Below, piece by piece: positions 7,056 through 14,567 of a stretch of 14,567 nucleotides of DNA. The translations under genes were made by a program, and so were the position numbers. The stretch is from Chthoniobacteraceae bacterium (GTDB taxonomy: Bacteria > Verrucomicrobiota > Verrucomicrobiia > Chthoniobacterales > Chthoniobacteraceae), in assembly GCA_031409655.1 (NCBI GenBank), contig JANNXQ010000242.1, positions 1 to 14,567 of the forward strand, written 5' to 3'. Position 1 is the first letter of the stretch. Every line of letters begins with the position of its first letter. The notes beneath the pieces are model-generated. The model did no database searches, had not been told where the DNA came from, and saw nothing but the letters and a program-made list of their open reading frames with translations.

Positions 7056-8927
7056 ATGACTTTCCTCAACACCTGGGCCCTCGGCTTCACCGCCCTCGCA
7101 CCAGTCATCGTCCTCCTCTACCTACTAAAGCTGAAGCGGCGCTCGCTGCCGGTTTCGACGCTGATGTTTTGGCAGCGCGTCTTGCAGGAAAATCGGCGGC
7201 GCGCCTTCTTCCAAAAGCTCCGCCAGCTTTTCTCCCTGCTGCTGCATCTACTCATTTTTGCCCTCCTCCTCGCGGCGCTCGCGCGACCGACTTGGGATCG
7301 GCTGGTGCGGGATGGCGCCTCGACGGTCCTCATCGTCGATACCCGTGCCCGGATGCAGGCCATGCAGGGAAATGAAACGCGGCTCGGCAAGGCGCAGCAG
7401 CAGGCCATTGGCTACGCCCGGCAGGCCAATGCGCGGCGCCAGATGGCGGTCATCACGCTGGATTCCGCGCCGCGCGTCGCCGCGGCTTTTACCGATGACG
7501 AACGCGGGCTGCGCGAGGCCGTCGAGCGCATCCGGCCGACGGAGAGCGCAGGCGACCTCTCGGAGGCGGTCCAGTTGGCGAAGGATCTCCTGGCTTCCCG
7601 CGTGGGGGAAAAGCAGATCGTCGTTTTCACCGATGGCGCGCGACCGGAGGCGGAAGACCAGGCGAGTCAGGTCGCGGTGAACTACATCACCGCGGGCGTG
7701 GCCCAGGACAACGTTGCCATCACCCGCTTTGCGGCGCGCCCACTGTTCAATAGTCCGCAGACGAGCGAGGTGCTGCTGGAGTTGAAAAACTTCGGTGCCG
7801 CGCCCGCGCGCGGGAATGTGGAACTGAGTTTCGATGGCCGCCCGATCGATGTGAAACCTTACACGCTCGCGCCTGGTGAACGTCGGCTCGAAGTCTTCCC
7901 CAGCCTCCCGAAGGCCAGTGCGAGTGCGCGCGGCTGGCTGGTGGCGCGACTCGATACTCCGGACGCGCTGCCCGCCGACAACGTCGCTTATGCGGTGCTG
8001 CCAGCGGCACCGAAACGCCGCGTGCTCCTCGTGACTTCGGGAAATTTTTTCCTCGAAAAAATGCTCGCTGCCGATCCTGGCGTGACCTTTGAACTGGCGG
8101 AGCCGGATGCCTTCAAGCCGGCCTTCGCGTCGAAGTTTGACGTCGTCATCCTCGACAACTGCCTCACCGAAAAATTTGACCTGGCGACGGCCGCCGGGAG
8201 CTGGCTCTTCCTCGGCCAGACGCCTTTCAATACCGGAGCCGCGCCGGTCGAGCAGCCGCTGCTCACGGATCTCGACGCCGAAGATCCCATCCTCCGTCTC
8301 GTCAATCTCCTGAACATCACCGTGGTGCGCAGCCAGCCAATGGAACTCCCCGCGGACGGCGACGAATGGCGGTGGCACGCGCCGATCCGCTCTTTCGAGA
8401 CGCCGCTGCTCATCGTCGGTGAGCGCGGTCGGCGACGGCTCGGCGGACTCGGTTTCGACGTCGCGTCGTCCGATCTCCCGCTGCGCATCGCCTTCCCGCT
8501 GCTGATGTCGAATTTGGTGCAATGGCTGGCGGGCGATGCGATCGCGACGCCGCGCGCCTTTACGGCCGGGGAGACGATCGCGCTGCCTGCTGGGGCGACG
8601 CTTTGGACCGACCCGCAGACGCAGTTCGTTCGTGAGTTGAAAGTGAATCCGGCGCGGCTGGCGCGGGAGTTTTTTCAGCCAATGAGCAGCGGCTTTTACC
8701 TGCTCCAGGAAAGCGAGGGCGCGCGCTGGGTTGCGGTGAATACGTTCAATGAGGTGGAGTCCGATCTGCGGCAGGGCAGCGTGAGCGAGCCCGCCGCTGC
8801 TCCGAAAATGCCGAAGCTCGCGCTCGGGACTTTCAGCGCCTGGCCCCCATGGATCTACCTCGCACTCGCCGCCTTTGCCCTCTTCACCTTGGAGTGGTGG
8901 CTCTTCCACCGGAGGCGCACGGAATGA
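7056..8927 (+). CDS. BatA N-terminal domain + VWA membrane protein
   Basis: MTFLNTWALG...PVIVLLYLLKLKRR...VSTLMFW...LLLAALARP (BatA-type double TM); VWA with IVVFTDG; C-terminal NTFNEVESDL and TM ending LEWWLFHRR. Confidence 0.9.
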   Translation: MTFLNTWALGFTALAPVIVLLYLLKLKRRSLPVSTLMFWQRVLQENRRRAFFQKLRQLFSLLLHLLIFALLLAALARPTWDRLVRDGASTVLIVDTRARMQAMQGNETRLGKAQQQAIGYARQANARRQMAVITLDSAPRVAAAFTDDERGLREAVERIRPTESAGDLSEAVQLAKDLLASRVGEKQIVVFTDGARPEAEDQASQVAVNYITAGVAQDNVAITRFAARPLFNSPQTSEVLLELKNFGAAPARGNVELSFDGRPIDVKPYTLAPGERRLEVFPSLPKASASARGWLVARLDTPDALPADNVAYAVLPAAPKRRVLLVTSGNFFLEKMLAADPGVTFELAEPDAFKPAFASKFDVVILDNCLTEKFDLATAAGSWLFLGQTPFNTGAAPVEQPLLTDLDAEDPILRLVNLLNITVVRSQPMELPADGDEWRWHAPIRSFETPLLIVGERGRRRLGGLGFDVASSDLPLRIAFPLLMSNLVQWLAGDAIATPRAFTAGETIALPAGATLWTDPQTQFVRELKVNPARLAREFFQPMSSGFYLLQESEGARWVAVNTFNEVESDLRQGSVSEPAAAPKMPKLALGTFSAWPPWIYLALAAFALFTLEWWLFHRRRTE

Positions 8928-8964
8928 TGCTCCCCGGATTTTTCGCACTCCACGCGCCTGCGGC

Positions 8965-11565
8965 ATGATCGAACTCACGCGGCCTTACTTTCTCGCGCTG
9001 GTCCTCGTCGTGCCGCTGCTGGTCTGGGCGATGCGGCGCTCGCTGGCGGATCTCACACCGGCGCAACGCACTGTCTGTTTCGTCCTGCGCACGATCATTC
9101 TGCTACTCATCGTACTCGCGCTGGCTGGGCTGCGCTGGATGCTTCCGGCACGGGATCTTGCGGTGATTTTTGCGGTGGATGATTCGGCGAGTATTTCGGA
9201 GCCGGCACGAAAAGCAGCGCGCGACTTCGTGGCGGCGGGTCTCGGTGCGGCGAGTGGGAGCGACCACACCGGCGTGGTCGGCTTTGCCAATGGCGCAGAG
9301 CTGTGGCAGCCGCCGTCGCCCGCGGCAAAGCTGGTCGAGCGATGGCCCGCGCTTGCCAATCGCAAAGGCACGGATCTCGGCCGGGCGGTCGATTTTGCGA
9401 GCGCCGTCTTTCCGGCGAATGGCACGAAGCGCCTCGTGCTGCTCACCGATGGCAACGACACCGGCGGGCATGCCGCGGAGGCTGCGAGTCGGCTTGCGGA
9501 GGCGGGTGTCGAACTCCACGTCGTCCCGCTGCGTAACGAAGCCGCGCCGGAAGTGCTCGTCGAGCGCGTCGAGGTGCCGCGCCGACTGAAGCAGGGCGAG
9601 CCTTTCGACCTCACCGCCAAAATCCGCAGCAACGTGGAGACGACGGCCAAGGTGAAGCTCTACCAAAATCAATTCCTCCTTGAGACGCGCGACCTCACGC
9701 TGAAGGTCGGCGAGAATGAATTCCGTGCGCCGAATCTGAAGGCGGATGGCAGCTTCATCGCCTACGAGATCGAAGTCCTCCCGGAGCGCGACACCGTGGC
9801 GGAAAACAACCGCGCCCAAGCCACCGCAAGTCTGCGCGGGCAGCCGCGCGTGCTCCTCGTCGAGGCCGATGAAGCGCGCACCCGTCCGCTGGCCGCGGCG
9901 CTGCGCGGGGAAAAGATCACCGTCGAGACGCGCGCCGCGAGTGGGCTTCCGCGGACGATCGAGGACTTGCAGCAGTTTGATCTTTTCCTGCTCAGCGATG
10001 TCTCGGCGCTCAATCTCGGGCGCGAGCAGATGGATCTGTATCGCCGCTGGGTGCAGGATTTCGGCGGCGGCTTTGTGCTCCTCGGCGGGGAAAATAGCTA
10101 CGGCGTCGGCGGCTACTACCGCACGCCGATCGAGCAGATGCTCCCGGTGCGGATGGAGCACGAAGACCGGCAGGATACGCCAAGCGTGGCGATGCTCATC
10201 GTGCTCGATCGCTCGGGCTCGATGACCGCGCAGGTCGGTGGGCAGACGAAGATGGCGCTCGCAAATCAAGGCGCGGTCTTTGCGCTGAACGTGCTCCAGC
10301 CGCGCGATCAATTCGGCGTTACGGCCGTCGATACGCGGGTGCATGTCGTGACCCCGCTCCAACCGGTCGCGTCGAAGTCGGCCGTCGAGCAGAAGCTCCT
10401 CGCGGTGACCGCGGGCGGCGGCGGCATCTATGTGTACACTTCGCTCGCGGATGCTTTCCAGCGGCTGCGCGATGTCTCGGCGCGGATCAAGCACGTCATC
10501 CTTTTCTCCGACGCTGCCGACGCGGAGGAAAAGGCCGCGGGCGAAATGAGCGACGGGGCGCGCACGGGCGGCACGGCGCTCGATCTCGCGGCGGCGATGC
10601 TCACGTCGAAGATCACGACGTCGGTGGTCGCCCTCGGCACCGAGCAGGACAAGGACACCGCGTTTCTCCGCGGACTCGCGGAGCGGGGCAATGGCCGCTT
10701 TTACCTGACGAGCGATGCGACCACGCTGCCGCAGATCTTCAGCACGGAGACGATGAAGGTCGCGCAATCGAGTCTGGTCGAGGAGCCGTCGCTGGCCGTG
10801 CCCGTGAAGCCAAACGCGATCACGGCGGGCTTCGACTGGGCGCAAGCTCCATTGCTCCTCGGCTACAATGCGACGAAGCCGAAGCCAACGGCGGAGCTGC
10901 TGCTCGCGACTGAGCGCGGCGAACCGCTCCTCGCGACCTGGCGCTATGGACTCGGGCAAACGGCGGCCTTCACCAGCGATGCGAAAGCGCGCTGGGCGGC
11001 GGAGTGGCTGCAGTGGCCGGGCTTTGGGAAATTCTGGACGCAGGTCGTGCGCGGGCTGATGCGGAAGACGGATCAGGCGAGCTTCCAGGTGAATGCGGAG
11101 GAGACGGGCGATCGGCTCGACATCGCCATCGACGCCGTGCGGCCCGATGGCGCGTTTCATAATGAACTGCCGGTGACGGTGAGCATGCGCGCGCCGGACG
11201 GCACGACGACGACCCTCGCGGCGGTGCAGGATGGGCCGGGCAGCTACCGCGCGAAATTCACGCTGCCGCCAGAAGGCACGTCGCTCTTCAACGTCAGTTC
11301 GCCCGATCTTCCGGATGGCGGCTACTCCTTCGGCCACACCCGCAGCTATCCGCGCGAGTTTCTGAATTCCGGGACCGACGAAGCGCTGCTCCGCCGTCTC
11401 GCGTCACTCGGTAGCGGGACTTTCGATCCGACGCCCGCGCAAATCTTCGCGCGTCCGGAGAAAGCCTCGCTCACCCGCCGCGAGCTGGTGGATTACTTTC
11501 TCATCGCCGCGCTCTGCCTCTTCCCCATCGACATCTGGCTGCGCCGTCGGACGTGGCGAGCTTGA
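8965..11565 (+). CDS. Membrane protein with two VWA domains and a central GATase-like (DUF1355-type) domain
   Basis: N-terminal double TM; VWA1 VDDSASI...LLTDGNDT; VQDFGGGFVLLGGENSYGVGGYYRTPIEQMLPV; VWA2 LDRSGSM; WRYGLGQTAAFTSD; C-terminal TM DIWLRR. Confidence 0.9.
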   Translation: MIELTRPYFLALVLVVPLLVWAMRRSLADLTPAQRTVCFVLRTIILLLIVLALAGLRWMLPARDLAVIFAVDDSASISEPARKAARDFVAAGLGAASGSDHTGVVGFANGAELWQPPSPAAKLVERWPALANRKGTDLGRAVDFASAVFPANGTKRLVLLTDGNDTGGHAAEAASRLAEAGVELHVVPLRNEAAPEVLVERVEVPRRLKQGEPFDLTAKIRSNVETTAKVKLYQNQFLLETRDLTLKVGENEFRAPNLKADGSFIAYEIEVLPERDTVAENNRAQATASLRGQPRVLLVEADEARTRPLAAALRGEKITVETRAASGLPRTIEDLQQFDLFLLSDVSALNLGREQMDLYRRWVQDFGGGFVLLGGENSYGVGGYYRTPIEQMLPVRMEHEDRQDTPSVAMLIVLDRSGSMTAQVGGQTKMALANQGAVFALNVLQPRDQFGVTAVDTRVHVVTPLQPVASKSAVEQKLLAVTAGGGGIYVYTSLADAFQRLRDVSARIKHVILFSDAADAEEKAAGEMSDGARTGGTALDLAAAMLTSKITTSVVALGTEQDKDTAFLRGLAERGNGRFYLTSDATTLPQIFSTETMKVAQSSLVEEPSLAVPVKPNAITAGFDWAQAPLLLGYNATKPKPTAELLLATERGEPLLATWRYGLGQTAAFTSDAKARWAAEWLQWPGFGKFWTQVVRGLMRKTDQASFQVNAEETGDRLDIAIDAVRPDGAFHNELPVTVSMRAPDGTTTTLAAVQDGPGSYRAKFTLPPEGTSLFNVSSPDLPDGGYSFGHTRSYPREFLNSGTDEALLRRLASLGSGTFDPTPAQIFARPEKASLTRRELVDYFLIAALCLFPIDIWLRRRTWRA

Positions 11566-11587
11566 GCCATATGACCCAACGCGCAAC

Positions 11588-11649
11588 CAAGGAGCAGGGG
11601 CGCCCTCGCCCCCATAATCTACTTGGGGCGGGGGCGCTCCTGCTCCTTG
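11588..11649. repeat. REP doublet (REPIN-like, GGAG type)
   Basis: Arms CAAGGAGCAGGGGCGCCCTCGCCCC / GGGGCGGGGGCGCTCCTGCTCCTTG; the left arm is GGAG plus an internal hairpin GGGGCG-CCCT-CGCCCC. Confidence 0.8.
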
Positions 11650-11693
11650 AATGCGCCGTCTCAATTCCTAAAACCGATGTTTGATCCTGCTTG

Positions 11694-13997
11694 ATGAAAT
11701 CGAAACGCAAAGCGGCCCCACCCAAAAACTCGCGCCCCCACTGGCTGATCGGCGCGGCGGTCGTGCTCGGGCTGGCCGGTGCGGCTTTCTATTTTTCCCG
11801 CGATCACTCGGCTGCGCCGGTGAAGACGCGGGCGGGCGGTTCTCCAGTGATCCCTCCAGAGGCAGAGGTCTTCGCCCAGTATGCGGGTGCGGAGAGTTGC
11901 CGCGAGTGTCATCAGGCAGCGCATGCTTCGTGGAGCGCGTCGCATCACGGATTGGCGGAGCGTCCACCCGCGGCCGGACTCGATGCCGCGGCGTTCGAGC
12001 CGACGCGCACTTTCACGCATGGGACGCAGACTTCTGAGGCGCGCGCGCGGGACGGAAAATATGAGGTCGTGGCGCGGGGTCTCGGCGGCCAGCAGGACGT
12101 GTTTGCGGTGGAGCGGGTGATCGGGCATGCCCCGCTCCGGCAGTACTTGGTCGGTGCGCCGGGCGGACGGCTGCAGACCCTGGAGGCTTCGTATGATCCG
12201 AAGAAGAACGAGTGGTTCAACGTCTATGGCGACGAAGATCGCCAGCCCGGTGAGTGGGGCCACTGGACGGGGCGTGGGATGAATTGGAATACGATGTGCG
12301 CGAGCTGCCACAACACGCGGGTGCGGAAAAACTACGACGCAACGACGGATGCCTACCGCACGACGATGGCGGTGGCCACGGTGAGTTGCGAATCGTGCCA
12401 CGGTCCGATGAAGGCGCACGTGGATTGGCGGCACCAGTACCCGGCGACGACCGCGCCCGACCCGACCTCGCGGAAACTGACGCGTGATCAAATGATCGAT
12501 GCCTGCGGTGCCTGCCATGCCCGGCGTGGCGAACTCACCGGCGACTTTCATCCCGGTGAGACCTTCTCGGATCACTACGCACTCACCGTGGTGGATGAGT
12601 CCGACACGTATTTCGCCGATGGCCAGGTGAGCGGTGAGAACTACGAATACGGCTCATTTCTGAGCAGCAAGATGCACGCGGCGGGCGTGCGGTGTGTGGA
12701 TTGCCACGAGCCGCACAGCGCGAAGGTGCGGGCACCCGGCAACGCTCTCTGTCTCACCTGCCACGCGGGGGCGGTGCCGGCGGGCATCACTAAGATCCCG
12801 CTGCCGCTCGATCCCGTGGCGCACAGTCATCACGCTGCCGACAGCGCCGGTGCCCAGTGTGCGAGCTGCCACATGCCGATCACGACTTACATGCAGCGGC
12901 ATCCGCGTCACGATCATGGTTTCACGATTCCCGATCCTTTGCTGACGAAGGAATTGGGAATCCCGAATGCCTGCAATCGCTGCCACGTGGACAAGGATGT
13001 GGACTGGTCGATCGCGGCGGTGGACCGGTGGTATGGCGACAAGATGGAGCGGCCGACGCGGGAGCGAGCCCGGGCGGTGGCAGGGGCGCGCCAGGGTCTC
13101 GAAGCAGCGCGCAGTCCGCTGCTCAGCGTGGCGCAGGACGATTCGTCGCCGTATTGGCAGTCGTCCGCAGCGCAGTTGCTCTCGCAGTGGGTCACCGAGC
13201 CGCAGATCAGCGCGCTTTTCATCAAGCAGACCCGGCATCCGAGTCCGCTCGTCCGCGCGACAGCGGCCCGGGTGCTCGAGCCGATCGTCGCGGCGCGACC
13301 GGATGCGCGGGAATCCGTGGGCAAGCTGCTGGACGATGCGGATCGCAGCGTGCGCGTCGCGGCGGCGTGGACTTTGCGCGAGACGATCACGCCAGGCAGT
13401 CGCGCTTTCACGGAGGTGGAGCACCAGATGGCGATCAATGCGGATCAGCCGACTGGTCAAATGCAGAACGCGGCCTTTGAAGTCGCTCGCGGGAATCCGG
13501 CCGGCGCGGTCGAGCACCTGCGGCGGGCCGTCGAGTGGGATGGAAACTCGCCGCCCATCCGTCACGAGTTCGCGGTCGCGCTCAGCACCGTGGGCGACAG
13601 CGCCGGCGCGCTCGAACAACTCGAAGCCGCCGTCCGACTCGACCCGAAACAGGCTGAGTATCGCTACAAACTGGCGCTCGCCTGCAATGAATCGGGTCGC
13701 CTCGATCGCACCATTTCCGAACTGCAAGCGGCGGTCCAGATCGACCCGATGCACGCCCGCGCGTGGTACAATCTCGGGCTTGCCCAGAACAGCATGGGCC
13801 ACCCGGAGCAGGCCCTGGCGGCACTGCTTCGTGGCGAAGGTGCCGCTCCTCGCGATCCTCGCATTCCCTACGCGCGGGCGACAATTCTGGCCCGCGTCGG
13901 TCGCGTCGCCGAAGCCCGCCAGGCCGCCCAGCGCGCCCTGGAGGTGCAGCCCGGTTACAACGATGCCCGCGCGCTGCTCCAGAATCTCGGACCGTAG
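11694..13997 (+). CDS. Membrane-anchored or exported multiheme c-type cytochrome (8 CxxCH) with HEAT-like and TPR repeats
   Basis: Basic N-terminus plus hydrophobic helix; CRECH, CASCH, CESCH, CGACH, CVDCH, CLTCH, CASCH, CNRCH; SPLVRATAARVL and RSVRVAAAWTL HEAT-like; AWYNLGLAQ TPR. Start TTG 11691 or ATG 11694. Confidence 0.93.
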   Translation: MKSKRKAAPPKNSRPHWLIGAAVVLGLAGAAFYFSRDHSAAPVKTRAGGSPVIPPEAEVFAQYAGAESCRECHQAAHASWSASHHGLAERPPAAGLDAAAFEPTRTFTHGTQTSEARARDGKYEVVARGLGGQQDVFAVERVIGHAPLRQYLVGAPGGRLQTLEASYDPKKNEWFNVYGDEDRQPGEWGHWTGRGMNWNTMCASCHNTRVRKNYDATTDAYRTTMAVATVSCESCHGPMKAHVDWRHQYPATTAPDPTSRKLTRDQMIDACGACHARRGELTGDFHPGETFSDHYALTVVDESDTYFADGQVSGENYEYGSFLSSKMHAAGVRCVDCHEPHSAKVRAPGNALCLTCHAGAVPAGITKIPLPLDPVAHSHHAADSAGAQCASCHMPITTYMQRHPRHDHGFTIPDPLLTKELGIPNACNRCHVDKDVDWSIAAVDRWYGDKMERPTRERARAVAGARQGLEAARSPLLSVAQDDSSPYWQSSAAQLLSQWVTEPQISALFIKQTRHPSPLVRATAARVLEPIVAARPDARESVGKLLDDADRSVRVAAAWTLRETITPGSRAFTEVEHQMAINADQPTGQMQNAAFEVARGNPAGAVEHLRRAVEWDGNSPPIRHEFAVALSTVGDSAGALEQLEAAVRLDPKQAEYRYKLALACNESGRLDRTISELQAAVQIDPMHARAWYNLGLAQNSMGHPEQALAALLRGEGAAPRDPRIPYARATILARVGRVAEARQAAQRALEVQPGYNDARALLQNLGP

Positions 13998-13999
13998 CC

Positions 14000-14125
14000 T
14001 GGGAGCGCCGCCGTCCCGTGCGGCAGTCGTGACCGAGGCGCGAAAGCGCCTTTCTATAGTGTGGCGCTATCGATGCGGCGCTGCGCGCGTTTGGTGGGAT
14101 GCCGCACGGGACGGCGGCGCTCCCA
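14000..14125. repeat. REP doublet (REPIN-like, GGAG type) between convergent genes
   Basis: Perfect 26-bp inverted repeat TGGGAGCGCCGCCGTCCCGTGCGGCA (14000-14025 / 14100-14125); each arm has an internal GCCGC..GCGGC hairpin; spacer holds AGGCGC-GAAA-GCGCCT. Confidence 0.88.
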
Positions 14126-14128
14126 AAG

Positions 14129-14567
14129 TCAGTTCACGAAGATCAATTCGTTCGAGAGCAGGACGACCTGGGCGTAGCGCTCGAAGGTATTGAGCTGGCG
14201 GCTCACGGTGGCAGCGGCGCTCGTGCGACCGAGCTTCATTCCCTTCCGTTCGGCTTTCTCTGCTCTGGCGATCTCTTCCGGAGTCTTCGCCGTCGTCTCC
14301 GCGACTGCCTGCGAGAGGGCGGTGGCGGCGGGCGCTGGCGCGTCTTCGTCGTTCAGAAACTCGAGCGACATCTTCAACTCCTCGGCGCGCGGCGCACGCT
14401 GGAAGACCATGCGGTAGAGAAAGCGCACTTTTTCCTCGGCGCTGCCGGAGGTCGGAAAGTCGGGACGCGCAATGAGTTTGCGCACCTGTCCAGCGACGAA
14501 GGGGCTGTTCAACATGAAGAGCGCCTGCTGCGGCACGGTGGTGAGGATACGCTCGCCGGTGCTCATG
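14129..14567 (-). CDS. C-terminus of a DUF1553 (PSD1; usually DUF1549/planctomycete cytochrome c) protein; 5' end outside window
   Basis: ERILTTVPQQALFMLNSPFV, VRFLYRMVFQRAPRAEE, YAQVVLLSNELIFVN*. Confidence 0.9.
   Translation of the reverse strand, partial: MSTGERILTTVPQQALFMLNSPFVAGQVRKLIARPDFPTSGSAEEKVRFLYRMVFQRAPRAEELKMSLEFLNDEDAPAPAATALSQAVAETTAKTPEEIARAEKAERKGMKLGRTSAAATVSRQLNTFERYAQVVLLSNELIFVN

Noticed and set aside
4504..13802. Long minus-strand ORFs (4504-5493, 5666-7108, 7248-8978, 9103-11337, 11661-12575, 12654-13802)
   Set aside because: Typical GC-rich antisense shadows of well-supported + genes, with no recognisable motifs.
14200..14355. Ala/Lys/Glu-rich insert near the DUF1553 C-terminus
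   Set aside because: Lies in a length-variable loop of this family; no evidence of a distinct domain.

Overview
GC-rich bacterial DNA whose gene families (DUF1553, ThuA-like, multiheme-TPR, DUF58/BatA/VWA) suggest the PVC superphylum, probably Verrucomicrobia (inference). Left to right: (1) a signalling cassette with the 3' part of a hybrid histidine kinase and two convergent, paralogous stand-alone receivers, one with a candidate sigma54 promoter; (2) a decayed zone with an internally deleted sugar ABC permease abutting a probably truncated hypothetical gene head-to-head; (3) divergent secreted ThuA-like and alpha/beta-hydrolase genes separated by three nested repeat elements, including a 160-bp MITE with an 8-bp target duplication; (4) a 34-aa highly basic small gene with its own terminator; (5) a DUF58 - BatA/VWA - double-VWA operon followed by an octaheme cytochrome c/HEAT/TPR gene; (6) the 3' end of a DUF1553 gene. 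Most notable: all three junctions of the DUF58-to-cytochrome run are spanned by mini-ORFs that start on or beside the upstream stop and end on or beside the downstream start, two of them reading through inserted hairpins. This is a possible translational-coupling relay. I saw no rRNA, tRNA, CRISPR array or transposase. All family assignments come from motif recognition, not database searches.
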